Notes under the pieces: generated by a model
Databases searched by the model: none
What the model saw: the letters and a program-made list of their open reading frames with translations, nothing else
Told to the model about the DNA's origin: nothing
Program-made: the position numbers and the translations under genes
From: an uncultured Christensenellaceae bacterium
GTDB lineage: Bacteria > Bacillota > Clostridia > Christensenellales > UBA3700
Assembly: GCA_944380305.1 (NCBI GenBank)
Contig: CALWHF010000002.1
Coordinates: forward strand, 14,877 to 78,876
Reading direction: 5' to 3'
DNA: 64,000 bases
Part shown: piece by piece, positions 27,894-37,945 of the stretch
Numbering within the stretch: the stretch's first letter is position 1
Layout: each line of letters begins with the position of its first letter

Positions 27894-28075
27894 TTTTTTC
27901 TCCTGATAATATGTACTCTCCTCGGCGCGCAATTATTTGCATTCGTGTAAATATGTCAAAATCCGAGCCGTTTAATCGTCTGTAAATTTGGTTTTGAAAT
28001 TGAAAAAGATAAAAGGGAAACCTCTTTTCTATTGTTGCCCGATACGCGCCGTATATGCGCGCATCGGGACTTAAA

Positions 28076-28732
28076 TCAGAAATTTTCGTCCGAGAAAACA
28101 AAAATCTTCGTGCAGTCGCCGTCGAAATAATCGCGGTGTATCTCTATCGAATCACCGTCTACGCGGACGATCTGCTCCTCGTCGAAAAGCTCGAGGAATT
28201 TGTCTACCTTGTCCACGTCGATCCTGCTCGAAGGCGTCTCGTAATGCATCGGGATCACGATGTCGGGCATCAGAAAATCGACATACTCCTTAGCCTGTTT
28301 CGCGTCTATCGTATAATTCCCTCCGACAGGGATCATCAGCACGTTGACCGTACCTATCGAATCTCCCAGTTTTACCGTGCATTCTTCGCCGATGTCTCCG
28401 AGGTGGCAGAGGTCTACGCCGTCAATTCTGAATTTGAATATCAGGTTTTCTCCCCTCTTTTTGCCGTCCTCGTCGTCGTGGTAACTGAGAAGAGAGGATA
28501 TGTCGATACCCTTCACTTCCCAGAAGCCGAGCGAGTCTATCACCTGCACGTCGGCGTTGAGTTTTTTCAGGTCGTCGTGATCGTTGTGGTGGTGGCTAAC
28601 AGTCACTGCGTCGGCGTTGACGTCCTGCATCTCGTAACCGACCAGCTTCGCGCTGAAAGGATCCGTCACGACGGTCGTGCCGGTGGATTCTTCCAGTTTG
28701 AATGCCGAGTGACCCAGCCAAGTTATTTTCAT
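28076..28732 (-). CDS. MBL-fold metal-dependent hydrolase (UPF0173-like)
   Basis: MKITWLGHSAFKLE..VTVSHHHNDHDD..MIPVGGNYT is the typical small cytoplasmic MBL hydrolase pattern. Confidence 0.8.
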   Translation of the reverse strand: MKITWLGHSAFKLEESTGTTVVTDPFSAKLVGYEMQDVNADAVTVSHHHNDHDDLKKLNADVQVIDSLGFWEVKGIDISSLLSYHDDEDGKKRGENLIFKFRIDGVDLCHLGDIGEECTVKLGDSIGTVNVLMIPVGGNYTIDAKQAKEYVDFLMPDIVIPMHYETPSSRIDVDKVDKFLELFDEEQIVRVDGDSIEIHRDYFDGDCTKIFVFSDENF

Positions 28733-28735
28733 AAT

Positions 28736-29932
28736 TTATTCCTCTATATCCAAAGCTATCTGCTCCGGTTTATTCGCATTGAATTTTGCTATCAGCTCGT
28801 GTATCTTGTCGTGCGGGTCGAGCAGCTCGCTGAGCGATTTGTTCTGGTCGCAAGCCGAAATGATGTACGCGAGGAACTTGGACATATCCGCCTGGATAAA
28901 CCACTTTCTCTCGAGAAGCTCCTTGGGCGCGTAAGTCAGATTCGTGCTGATGACGGCGGTGAACAGTCCCTGTTCGTAAGCGTCGTCGAATTTCTTGAGA
29001 CCTTCGGTGAACAGCGCGTAGGTCGCGGAAAGGAATATCTTGCCGCAGCCTCTTTCCTTGAGCTCGTTGCACAGCTTGAGCATCGAGTCGCCCGTCGCGA
29101 TAATGTCGTCCGCGACGAAGATGTCCTTATTGCGGACGTCGTTGCCGATATATTCGTGAGCGACGATCGGGTTTCTGCCGTTGACAACGTTTGCGTAGTC
29201 TCTTCTCTTGTAGAACATACCGAGATCGGTGCCGAGCACGGACGCATAATAAATATTGCGGCTCATCGCGCCTTCGTCGGGGCTGACTATCATGAATCTC
29301 TCTCTCGTCATGTCGAGATCGGTGTACGAACGCAACATCGCCTTGAGTATCTGATACGTCGGCAGGAAGTTGTCGAAGCCCATAAGCGGAACGGCGTTCT
29401 GCACTCTCGGATCGTGCGCGTCGAACGTGATGATCTCGCTGACGCCCATATCGGTCAGCTCCTGCAACATCTGAGCGCAGTCGAGAGACTCTCTCGCGTT
29501 GCGGCGGTGCTGTCTGCCGCCGTAGAGGCTGGGCATGACGACCGTAATCGACTTCGCCTTGCCTCCGCACGCCGCGATGACTCTCTTGAGGTCGCAGTAG
29601 TGGTCGTCGGGCGACATGTTGTTCTCGAAGCCGAACATATTGTATGTGATCGAATAATTGCCGACGTCGCAGAGGATATAGAGGTCCTTGCCTCTTATCG
29701 TCTCCATGACGAGACCTTTGCCGTCACCCGTCGTGAATCTGGGGCAGACGTTCTTTATGAGGAAGGTATCGCGATGAAACTTCTTGCCCTGCGCTTTAGC
29801 CTCCTGGTTGTACCAGTTGACGAGGTAGTAGTCCACCTTATCGCCAAGCTCTTTCGCACCCGCAAGCGCGATCAAAGCCATGTTGGAAGTGTCTTTGTCG
29901 AAATTGAATATAGACTCAAAAAACGGTCTCAT
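28736..29932 (-). CDS. prs: ribose-phosphate pyrophosphokinase (long, ~400-aa class)
   Basis: VMPSLYGGRQHRR, ITFDAHDP and the PRPP loop DIFVADDIIATGDSM. Confidence 0.8.
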   Translation of the reverse strand: MRPFFESIFNFDKDTSNMALIALAGAKELGDKVDYYLVNWYNQEAKAQGKKFHRDTFLIKNVCPRFTTGDGKGLVMETIRGKDLYILCDVGNYSITYNMFGFENNMSPDDHYCDLKRVIAACGGKAKSITVVMPSLYGGRQHRRNARESLDCAQMLQELTDMGVSEIITFDAHDPRVQNAVPLMGFDNFLPTYQILKAMLRSYTDLDMTRERFMIVSPDEGAMSRNIYYASVLGTDLGMFYKRRDYANVVNGRNPIVAHEYIGNDVRNKDIFVADDIIATGDSMLKLCNELKERGCGKIFLSATYALFTEGLKKFDDAYEQGLFTAVISTNLTYAPKELLERKWFIQADMSKFLAYIISACDQNKSLSELLDPHDKIHELIAKFNANKPEQIALDIEE

Positions 29933-30203
29933 TCTTGCCTCCGTATTTATAAATATTGTCTTTTGATTTCAGAGTATAAAACGTGTCCGCGTCGGCTGCA
30001 AAGCAGATTCGCGGCAAAAAAAGAATTTTTCGAAAGTCAGGTAAATGATCCATAACTCCTCTCAAAAAGTCAGGCGAACGCGCGCTCGCACGTCGCTACA
30101 TAAACATCTTACCATTTTATAAGTTTTATTTCAACTAAAAAAAGGAGTGAATTTACAATATTTTTGTCAACATTTTAACGCATCGCAGACGACGCGCACG
30201 AGT

Positions 30204-30932
30204 TCACGGTCTTAGCCGCGAGAAAGTTTCGGCAATCGGCTCGTCGAAAACCAGCGTCGCTCCGAAGGCATGCAAAGGCGTTTTGTTGATAAGAACGAGG
30301 TTCTTGCCTCTGAAAAGCGTGACCAGCCCAGCCGCAGGATAGACGTTGAGAGACGTCCCTCCCACTATCAGCGTATCTGCGCGGGCGATCTCCTCCTCCG
30401 CCCTTTCGAATACGTCCGAAGGGAGCGGCTCGCCGTACAATACCACGTCGGGCTTTATCACCCCTCCGCACGAACATCTCGGCACTCCGTCGCTGCCCGC
30501 GACGTATGCGGCATCGTACTTCTTGCCGCACTTCACGCAGGTGTTGCGATGTATGCTGCCGTGCAGTTCGAGCACGTTCTTACTACCCGCCGCCTGATGA
30601 AGCCCGTCTATGTTCTGAGTGACCACCGCGTTTAGCAACCCCTTGTCTTCGAGCCTCGCAAGAGTGACGTGGGCGGCATTTGGTCTCGCCGAAAGCGGCA
30701 TCATGAATTTTTTGTAAAAGTCGAAAAACACGTCTGTCTTGTTATAAAAAAACGTGTGCGACAATATGGTTTCGGGAGGATAATCGTACTTGGAGGAAAA
30801 TATCCCTCCCGAAGAGCGGAAATCGGGCACGCCGCTCTCGGTCGACACGCCCGCGCCGCCGAAAAATACCGCGTTGCCCTTTTTCAGCATTTCTTCTAAT
30901 CTGCCTATTCTCTCGTCGTAATCCTTTCTCAT
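30204..30932 (-). CDS. cobB: NAD-dependent protein deacylase, Sir2/CobB family
   Basis: GAGVSTESGVPDFRS, QNIDGLH and HG..H, with a Zn ribbon CVKCGKKY..CSCGG. Start set at MRKDYDERIG so that the ATG overlaps the TGA of the upstream GH30 gene (ATGA at 30929-30932). Confidence 0.85.
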   Translation of the reverse strand: MRKDYDERIGRLEEMLKKGNAVFFGGAGVSTESGVPDFRSSGGIFSSKYDYPPETILSHTFFYNKTDVFFDFYKKFMMPLSARPNAAHVTLARLEDKGLLNAVVTQNIDGLHQAAGSKNVLELHGSIHRNTCVKCGKKYDAAYVAGSDGVPRCSCGGVIKPDVVLYGEPLPSDVFERAEEEIARADTLIVGGTSLNVYPAAGLVTLFRGKNLVLINKTPLHAFGATLVFDEPIAETFSRLRP

Positions 30933-32560
30933 TTGCTCAAAACGTATGTCGTTATGCTCTGTGCGGGCAAAGCGACTTTGCCGCTCCATACCGTTTCGAC
31001 TTCGTTCCAGCCGCTCTGTTCCTCAGCGGTCGTGCATACTACCGTCGCTTTCGTGTAGTCGCCGAGCCCGCCGACCGTCACGTTTTTGTCGCTTTTCGAA
31101 TTGTTTATGATGACGACCACGACCGTGCCGTCAGCTCTCTTGTACGCACTGTAATCGAGATTTGCCCAGCCCGTAAGATCCGAACAGGTCGCCCCCACTC
31201 TGATGTCGCCGTTTTCGATATAGCGCGAGAACTGACCCATGACGTAATACCTCTTCAGAACCGACAGCTTCTGACTGCCGTCTTCGAGCACATCCCAGTA
31301 AACCAGACCGTCGTTGTAATCGCAAGGCGAAACGGCGAGCCACCAGTTCCAGTCAATGGCATCGAGCATGGTCAGGTCTCTGCTTATCACGTTGCCCAAC
31401 AGCAATCCGCTCTCGATCGTGTCGTATCTGCCGCTCTCCATCTCGCAGTATTCGGTTATCGAAATGCCGAGTCCGGGATAATTCTTGTCTATGTAATTCT
31501 GATATTTTTCCCTGTGCTTTTTGCTGTCGTCCGCGCCGTAAGAATGAGCCGATATATATTCGATCTCGTCGAAATAGTCGTACTTGCTCATCGCCTCGAG
31601 ATACTCTTTTATGTCCTTGCGGTCGATATAGAATTTGTAGTTGCCGCTCTCGAGCACGTCGCATTCGTACGACGTGCCGTTGGCATCGTTGAACGCCTCG
31701 AGCTTATCCAGGAACACGTCGTAAAACGCCGCCAGCGGTTCGGGATCGAAATGACAACCTTCCTGCGAAGCACCGTCTCCGCCCCAGTCCCATTGCGGTT
31801 CGTTGACGGGACTTATCACCACTTCGGGCACGTTTTCAAGTCCCGAAAGATGCTCTTTCACGATATTGTCCACGATTATCAGAAGATAATCGCAATACGC
31901 CTCGTAAAATTCCTCTTTGAGGTTGTTCTGCTGCACCTCGGCACCCGTACAGGTCCCCGATACGGTCATAAGATAATGAGGAGAATTGGCAAAGAAGACT
32001 ATCTTGTCGATATTGCCCGCGGCAAGAGCCATATCGAGCATTTCGAGCGCGCCCGCATCGCGGGTAAAATCGTAATTGTTTTCGTCGGCAAACGCCGCTT
32101 TCAGAGTCGCGTCGTCTGCATCGAGATAGTTCTCTGCAACGAAAAAGCTCTCTGCGCGTCTGTCGGGGTCGAACCAGTCGTAACAATACGGAACAACGTC
32201 GTCGAGATTAGAGTCGAGCGAACCTCCGCCTATATTGAATCTCGCTATGTTGAGCCTGAGACCGCTGTCACCGTAAAGCATTTCTATCGACTTTTCTTTG
32301 ACCTCGTCGGTACCCTCGAGACCCAGTCGCTGGAACGTCCATGCCATAGATGCGCCGAAGCCCTGCACGGTCTGCCTTTCATCGTTCAGATCCACCGTGA
32401 TCCTCAGATTCGAATACGCGCTCACGCTGTAAATGCCCAGGCACACTGAAGTCACGATGACGAGCACGAGAAGTACAAGCCCTGTCTTTTCGGCGATTTT
32501 CCTGCCGTGATTTTTGAAAAACGACTTTACGTCGCCCAAAGTAATCTTTTTCAAACTCAT
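30929..32560 (-). CDS. membrane-anchored glycoside hydrolase family 30-like protein
   Basis: N-terminal TM, then ERQTVQGFGASMAWT and SPVNEPQW (candidate acid/base Glu) and ISITEYCE (candidate nucleophile). This pattern resembles GH30 glucosylceramidase/xylanase-type enzymes. Confidence 0.65.
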   Translation of the reverse strand: MSLKKITLGDVKSFFKNHGRKIAEKTGLVLLVLVIVTSVCLGIYSVSAYSNLRITVDLNDERQTVQGFGASMAWTFQRLGLEGTDEVKEKSIEMLYGDSGLRLNIARFNIGGGSLDSNLDDVVPYCYDWFDPDRRAESFFVAENYLDADDATLKAAFADENNYDFTRDAGALEMLDMALAAGNIDKIVFFANSPHYLMTVSGTCTGAEVQQNNLKEEFYEAYCDYLLIIVDNIVKEHLSGLENVPEVVISPVNEPQWDWGGDGASQEGCHFDPEPLAAFYDVFLDKLEAFNDANGTSYECDVLESGNYKFYIDRKDIKEYLEAMSKYDYFDEIEYISAHSYGADDSKKHREKYQNYIDKNYPGLGISITEYCEMESGRYDTIESGLLLGNVISRDLTMLDAIDWNWWLAVSPCDYNDGLVYWDVLEDGSQKLSVLKRYYVMGQFSRYIENGDIRVGATCSDLTGWANLDYSAYKRADGTVVVVIINNSKSDKNVTVGGLGDYTKATVVCTTAEEQSGWNEVETVWSGKVALPAQSITTYVLSK

Positions 32561-32628
32561 TCTCCCTCTTAACGGTTTTCTCCATTATAACAAACCCGCA
32601 CCGCGTGCGCAACAATATAGATGAAAAT

Positions 32629-32670
32629 GCGGCGTAAAACGCCCGAAATTGTCGTTTTATGCCGCTTTTT
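32629..32670. terminator. hairpin between ybaK and the GH30 gene (probable ybaK terminator)
   Basis: 13-bp stem GCGGCGTAAAACG / CGTTTTATGCCGC (one G-U pair). The T5 run is on the plus side and only a short T run is on the minus side, so orientation is ambiguous. Confidence 0.4.
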
Positions 32671-32718
32671 CGCTGAAATATCCATAATTGCGGTCATTTC
32701 GCCGCAACCTCTTTTATC

Positions 32719-33201
32719 CTATCTGCAAGTCGCGATCTTGGCGAATTTCGCCTGAACGGCGTTTGAGAGATCGGTCGGAGAAGTCTCCACCTGATGTCCA
32801 ACTTTACCCGCGCTGTATACTATCGTCTCCTTGTCTTTCGCGCTCTCGTCTATGACCGTGACGAACTTCTTTTTCATGCCTATCGGACTGCATCCCCCGT
32901 GGACGTAACCCGTCAGAGGTAACAACTGTTTCTGCGCAATCATCTCTACGTTCTTGACCCCTACGCTCGCCGCGGCGGCTTTCAGATCGAGACTTCCAGT
33001 CACGGGAACGACGAAGACGTAGTTCTTGCGGTCGTGTCCGACGGTGACGAGCGTCTTGAACACGCAGGACGGATCTTTGCCGAGCAACGCGGCGACGTGC
33101 GCACCGTCAGTTGTCGTATTGTCGTATTCGTGCGTTTCGTACTTTATGCCGAGGGTGTCGAGCACTCTCATGACGTTTGTCTTTTCGGGTTTCTTGCTCA
33201 T
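32719..33201 (-). CDS. ybaK: Cys-tRNA(Pro)/Cys-tRNA(Cys) deacylase YbaK
   Basis: 160 aa. NVMRVLDTLGIKYETHEY..KTLV..LPLTGYVHGGCSPIGMKK are YbaK/EbsC family features. Confidence 0.8.
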   Translation of the reverse strand: MSKKPEKTNVMRVLDTLGIKYETHEYDNTTTDGAHVAALLGKDPSCVFKTLVTVGHDRKNYVFVVPVTGSLDLKAAAASVGVKNVEMIAQKQLLPLTGYVHGGCSPIGMKKKFVTVIDESAKDKETIVYSAGKVGHQVETSPTDLSNAVQAKFAKIATCR

Positions 33202-33899
33202 CTTTTCTTTATTACCTCGTATTCTCCGCTTTTCAGTATCGCCGCCAGATCTTTTTCGTTCTCGGGAGCGCGTTTAAGCAGGATCCCGCCGCCTTCTCCT
33301 CCTTCGAAATGATAATCGCTTCCGCCCGTAGAGATAAGCCCGAGAGAGGCGCAGAGCTCTTCTGCCTTTTCGTTGTGCGAATTCTGGTATGCATGCAGAT
33401 TTGCGATCTCTATGCCGTGGACGTACCTGTAATCCAACGGAGTGCAGATGCTCCTGAACGGATGCGCGACGACGAGGACGCAGCCGTTCTTTTCAGCCCA
33501 CTCGTAAAACTCTCTGTCGCTGAAATTAAGAATATCATAGCCGTCCCTCAACAATTCTTCGGGAGTAATGCCGTAAACCAGTATCTCCCCGTAAGGCGGC
33601 GAATATTTGTAATATGTACAGAAATCGGGTGCGGCCTCGAGACCGAAAAACACGTCGATACCGTACTTCGCGCATTCATCCTTAAGCTCGTAGTAGTCGT
33701 GCATATAATCCGTCATCACGTTGAGTCGGCTGCCGAACTGCTGCGCAACGTAACCGAAAAGATCCGTTCGGTTGAAATGATTGGTCACCACGATCCCGTT
33801 GTAGCCCGCCTTCGCGTAGTCGTGCGCGATGTCGGCAGGTTCCGCCTGACCGCAATGACTGTTGTGTATCGTATGAAGATGCATCTCGAGTTTATACAT
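33198..33899 (-). CDS. PHP-domain metal-dependent phosphoesterase
   Basis: MHLHTIHNSHCG..GIVVTNHF..AHP..GGSDYH is the PHP His/Asp pattern. It has a 4-nt overlap with ybaK. Confidence 0.7.
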   Translation of the reverse strand: MYKLEMHLHTIHNSHCGQAEPADIAHDYAKAGYNGIVVTNHFNRTDLFGYVAQQFGSRLNVMTDYMHDYYELKDECAKYGIDVFFGLEAAPDFCTYYKYSPPYGEILVYGITPEELLRDGYDILNFSDREFYEWAEKNGCVLVVAHPFRSICTPLDYRYVHGIEIANLHAYQNSHNEKAEELCASLGLISTGGSDYHFEGGEGGGILLKRAPENEKDLAAILKSGEYEVIKKR

Positions 33900-33921
33900 A
33901 TATCCGCTCTCTGAAAATTTA

Positions 33922-34800
33922 TCACTGATCTTCGAAAACCCCGTTGAGCGCGCAATACGCCGCGCCCAGAAGTCCCGCCTTGTTTCCCTTTCGCGCCGCC
34001 CTGACGTCGGTATGCCCGAACTTTGCGTAAAACTCGTCCAGCCACAGATTTTTCATCTCGGCGAGTCCCCCTCCGAGCAGTATCTCCGCGGGAGCGTAGT
34101 CTCTCTTTATCATGCAAAGAGCGTAGTCCAAAGCAGAAAAAAACGAGACTTTCGCCGCTATACATTTTTGGTCACCCGTGTCTGTAAGGGCATCTTTTAC
34201 GGTATTCTTTCCCGCATCTCTCTTTATGGCGGTAGCCGACAGGTATTGTTCGAGACACCCTTTCGATCCGCATCTGCAATCGTACCCGTTGTCGACATAA
34301 GGGATATGCCCCAGCTCCAGATCTTTCACATGATCTGCGTCGAGTCTTCCTTCGGTAACCATCGCGCTTCCGAGCCCCGTGCCTATCGTCAGCACGAAAG
34401 TCGAGTGCGCTCTTTTCGCCGTAAAATAATGCTCGCACACTGCCGCGGCGCAAGCGTCGTTGACGACGACAACGCGGCGACCGAGAGTCTTAGAAATGTC
34501 TTTTGAAAAAGCGTAGCCGCAAAACCCCGGAAGCGAACTCGTGGCTTTGACGACCGTACCGTCGTCCCAGCGCACTTCGCCCGCCGTTGCGATCGCGACT
34601 ATGTCTGCGATGTCGTCGGCAGATACCGCTTCTATCGCTTTGAGCACGTTTTCGCGCACCCCTTCGAATCCGAGATCGGAACGGGTGGGAACGCTCGCGA
34701 AATTCTTTATCTTATAGCTTTGGGGAAGTCTGACGCGCCCGACGGAGATCAATGCGGATTTGACCGCCGTGCCGCCGACGTCCGCGCATATCATCTTCAC
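33922..34800 (-). CDS. ROK-family sugar kinase
   Basis: CADVGGTAVK ATP-binding N-terminus, a Zn motif region (GHIPY..CRCGSKGCLE) and GGGLAE. Confidence 0.75.
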   Translation of the reverse strand: MKMICADVGGTAVKSALISVGRVRLPQSYKIKNFASVPTRSDLGFEGVRENVLKAIEAVSADDIADIVAIATAGEVRWDDGTVVKATSSLPGFCGYAFSKDISKTLGRRVVVVNDACAAAVCEHYFTAKRAHSTFVLTIGTGLGSAMVTEGRLDADHVKDLELGHIPYVDNGYDCRCGSKGCLEQYLSATAIKRDAGKNTVKDALTDTGDQKCIAAKVSFFSALDYALCMIKRDYAPAEILLGGGLAEMKNLWLDEFYAKFGHTDVRAARKGNKAGLLGAAYCALNGVFEDQ

Positions 34801-34824
34801 GCGTGCCTCCTTGTGGTCTGCTGA

Positions 34825-35709
34825 TTATTCGTCGAAAGAAACTCTGTATTTATAGGTAAAAGTCTTGCCGGGTTCAAGAGTGTGCACGAACGCTTTATCC
34901 TTGAGCTCTCTGTCCGGCTCCAGCTTGTCGGGTGCGCCGTGCCACGGCTCGATGCAGACATATGCTCCGCTCTCCTCCATGCTCCAGAAAGCCAGCACGT
35001 CCACTTCTCCGAAATCGAAATAGACGCTCTCGCCGTCTGCAAGACGCAACGCGAGTTTGTCCGTACCGACTTCGGTCAACATCACTGTCTTATATTTTAT
35101 CATCACGTCCTTGCCCGTGCTCAGTCTGTCGATAGTGCCGAAGGGTGCCTTGCCCGTGATGAAATGTCCCTTCTCTTCGAGAGTAAGATAGTTGGGCGAA
35201 ATAGGCTTGAGGAAGTCGATATAATTCGCGCCCGTGTCAATCTTTCCGTCTTTATAAGTCGCGCACACATTGAACGCGGGATGCGCTCCCATCATAAAAT
35301 ACATCAGTTTGTCGTCAACGTTTTTCGCGGTATGAGTTACCTCGAGAGCTCCGTTTTCGATCCTGAAACGCACCGAATATTCGTACTTGTACGGATATTT
35401 CGCGAGAGTATCTTCGTTCCACCTGTTGATAAGCACGGTCTCGTTGTCGGAGACTCTGCTCTCCTCGAAAGCAGCGTGTCTGCATACCCCGTGCAAAGGC
35501 ACGTCGTAACGCTTGTCGTCAACCGTATACCACCCGTCCTTTTGTCTCGCGACGAACGGAAAAATAACGACGTCCTGTTCCTTCCAGGAATCCTCGCTGC
35601 CCTGCCACAGAAATTCTCTGCCGTCTCTCAGTCTCTTTACGGACGCCAGCGTCGCGCCGCAGGTGTTCGCGCATACGCGCAGTTTTTCGTCGGATACCGT
35701 AACTATCAT
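34825..35709 (-). CDS. aldose 1-epimerase (galactose mutarotase-like) family protein
   Basis: 294 aa. FLWQG....W....VIFPFVAR, HG....F and GAHPAF..EPW are patterns of the YihR/LacX-like mutarotase family. Confidence 0.65.
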   Translation of the reverse strand: MIVTVSDEKLRVCANTCGATLASVKRLRDGREFLWQGSEDSWKEQDVVIFPFVARQKDGWYTVDDKRYDVPLHGVCRHAAFEESRVSDNETVLINRWNEDTLAKYPYKYEYSVRFRIENGALEVTHTAKNVDDKLMYFMMGAHPAFNVCATYKDGKIDTGANYIDFLKPISPNYLTLEEKGHFITGKAPFGTIDRLSTGKDVMIKYKTVMLTEVGTDKLALRLADGESVYFDFGEVDVLAFWSMEESGAYVCIEPWHGAPDKLEPDRELKDKAFVHTLEPGKTFTYKYRVSFDE

Positions 35710-35916
35710 ATTAATACCTCCGCAATTTGCAATTATTATACCACAAACGGCTGCGTTTGTCCATATCCCGCGGCATAATATTGCGCATACGGAGACGCGC
35801 GTCCGTATGTGCGCGAAATTATTATTCGGACACTCCTTGACAACTTCGGCTTTATATAGGATAATTAAACTGTACGGGCGATATGCCCGTTCAATAGCTC
35901 ATACACAAGGTGTCAA

Positions 35917-37140
35917 ATGAAGTCCGTAATAAGAAAATACGCAAAACTCATGGTCAAAGTCGGTGCGTGCGTACGCAAAGACGACGAAGTACTGATCATA
36001 TCTTCGCTCGAGGGCGCGCCGCTCGCACAGGCGATGACGGAATACTGTTACAAAGCGAAGGCAAAACGCGTGACGGTATCCTACGTCGACGACAAGGCGA
36101 CCCGTCTGCACTATTTGTATCAGGACAAGGAGACCCTGTCTGAAATCCCGTCTTGGGAAGCGGATATGAAAAATTCGTGCAGAGGCAAACATGCCGTTAC
36201 TATACGCATACTGTCCGAAGATCCTCATCTTTTCGACGGTATAGATCCCGACAAGATCGCCGCGAGATCGCGCGCGACTCACAAGGCTGTAAAAGAGTAT
36301 TACGACAACGCTATGGCTAACAAGATACGCTGGACGCTTTGCGCCGTTCCTTCTGAAGAATGGGCAAAGACGGTATTCCCCGATCTCTCGCCCTCTAAAG
36401 CCGTCGCGGCTTTGTGGAATCTCATAATCAAAGCCATGCGTCTGGACTGCAAAGACAGCGTAAAGGCATGGCAGGACTTCCAGAACCGCTCTCTCGTCAG
36501 GATAGAAAAGCTGAATTCTCTCAGGCTGAAAGAACTCAGATACAAAAACTCTCTCGGTACCGACTTCACCGTCGGACTTCCCGAAGGCGCGTACTTCAGC
36601 GGCGCAAAAGAAAATACGACTTACGGCGCGCCGTTCTGTGCGAACATGCCGACCGAAGAGATATTCACTCTGCCCGACAGAAACAGCGGCAACGGCAGGA
36701 TAGTGGCATCGATGCCCCTAGTGCATAACGGGACGGTCATAGAGGATTTCTATCTCGTGATAAAAGACGGCAAAATCGTTGATTTCAACGCGAAAAAGGG
36801 TTACGAGACCCTGAAAAACGTAATCGAAACAGACGAGGGTTCGAGATACCTCGGCGAAGTCGCGCTCGTGCAATACGACTCCCCGATACAAAACCTCAAA
36901 ACTCTGTTCTACAACACTCTTTTCGACGAAAACGCAAGTTGCCATTTTGCGATAGGCAAAGCGTATCCGCTCATAAACGGCGCGGAAAAAATGTCTGATG
37001 AAGAACTCGCGACTCTAGGCGTAAACTTCTCGGACGAACATGTGGATTTCATGGTCGGCACTTCCGACCTCAGCATAACGGGCATTTCCTCCGACGGTAC
37101 GGAAACCCCGATTTTCAGAGACGGTAATTTCTGTTTCTGA
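35917..37140 (+). CDS. aminopeptidase, M29 (PepS/AmpS) family
   Basis: 407 aa. N-terminus YAKLMVKVGACVRKDDEVLI and C-terminus FDENASCHFAIGKAYP..HVDFMVG are typical of M29. Confidence 0.85.
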   Translation: MKSVIRKYAKLMVKVGACVRKDDEVLIISSLEGAPLAQAMTEYCYKAKAKRVTVSYVDDKATRLHYLYQDKETLSEIPSWEADMKNSCRGKHAVTIRILSEDPHLFDGIDPDKIAARSRATHKAVKEYYDNAMANKIRWTLCAVPSEEWAKTVFPDLSPSKAVAALWNLIIKAMRLDCKDSVKAWQDFQNRSLVRIEKLNSLRLKELRYKNSLGTDFTVGLPEGAYFSGAKENTTYGAPFCANMPTEEIFTLPDRNSGNGRIVASMPLVHNGTVIEDFYLVIKDGKIVDFNAKKGYETLKNVIETDEGSRYLGEVALVQYDSPIQNLKTLFYNTLFDENASCHFAIGKAYPLINGAEKMSDEELATLGVNFSDEHVDFMVGTSDLSITGISSDGTETPIFRDGNFCF

Positions 37141-37168
37141 CAACCTGTCCTAAGCGGGGGAAAACACA

Positions 37169-37864
37169 ATGATAGGCATCTACGTCATTTCAGGCATAAT
37201 GGTGGCGACCGCATTTCTTACCGCGGCGTTTTACGTCAACGAACACCGCGTCGTTGCTACCATAGCTAAAACAGTATCGTCGCTCGGGTTTATGCTGATA
37301 GCGTTTATTGCTCTCAGCAAAAACTTCGACAACCTTCTCAATCTGAAATACGGCATGGTCATGCTTACGGGACTGATGCTGTGTTTTGTCGGCGACGTAT
37401 TTCTTATGATAAAAGAGCTTTTCACCGAACGCACCGCAAATCTTTACCTTTTGCTTGGCGTAGGAGCATTCGCACTCGCGCAGATAATGTTTGCGATACG
37501 TTTCATAATGTATGCTGACAGGTTCGAATACTGGCTCTTGCCGATAGTTCTCATCTCCCCCGCGATCCTTCTCGTGTCTCACAAACTGAATGTGATAAAA
37601 CTCGAGAAAACGGCGATAGGACTGCTGATATATTCGGTGATAATCGGCTTCACCATGATATGCGCGCTCAACCTTCTCATAGTCAACCCGTCAAGGCGTT
37701 CGGTAGCTTTGTTCGTCGCACTGGCGGCGTTCATGATCTCCGACACCGCGCTTTGCTACACCTACTACGGCAGATCGGTGAATCTGAGACGCATACTCAA
37801 TTATATCGTAATGCTTTTCTATTACTCGGCGACAATACTTCTCGCATATTCGATATTGCTGTAA
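37169..37864 (+). CDS. YhhN-family (lysoplasmalogenase-like) membrane protein
   Basis: 231 aa, about 8 TM, with GDVFLM and ISDTAL motifs at the positions conserved in YhhN proteins. Confidence 0.5.
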   Translation: MIGIYVISGIMVATAFLTAAFYVNEHRVVATIAKTVSSLGFMLIAFIALSKNFDNLLNLKYGMVMLTGLMLCFVGDVFLMIKELFTERTANLYLLLGVGAFALAQIMFAIRFIMYADRFEYWLLPIVLISPAILLVSHKLNVIKLEKTAIGLLIYSVIIGFTMICALNLLIVNPSRRSVALFVALAAFMISDTALCYTYYGRSVNLRRILNYIVMLFYYSATILLAYSILL

Positions 37865-37908
37865 AACCCGATACATATCCGCAAAAATCAAACCTGAAAC
37901 ATTAATGC

Positions 37909-37944
37909 AAAAAAGATCCGCTCTTTCGGGCGGATCTCTTCGTT
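37909..37944. terminator. bidirectional intrinsic terminator
   Basis: Stem AGATCCGC / GCGGATCT flanked by an A6 run upstream and a T-rich run downstream. It sits between convergent genes. Confidence 0.7.
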
Positions 37945-37945
37945 T

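Noticed and set aside
28055-30055. 666-aa ORF on the plus strand
   Set aside because: It is antisense to the MBL hydrolase and prs genes. Its translation is V/R/H/D-rich nonsense with no RBS or motif.
30204-30932. Sir2-domain protein as a defence-type SIR2 NADase effector
   Set aside because: It has the full CobB-like layout (GAGVSTESGVPDFRS, a Zn ribbon with four Cys, about 240 aa) and no partner sensor or HerA/pAgo-type gene. It is most simply a housekeeping protein deacylase.
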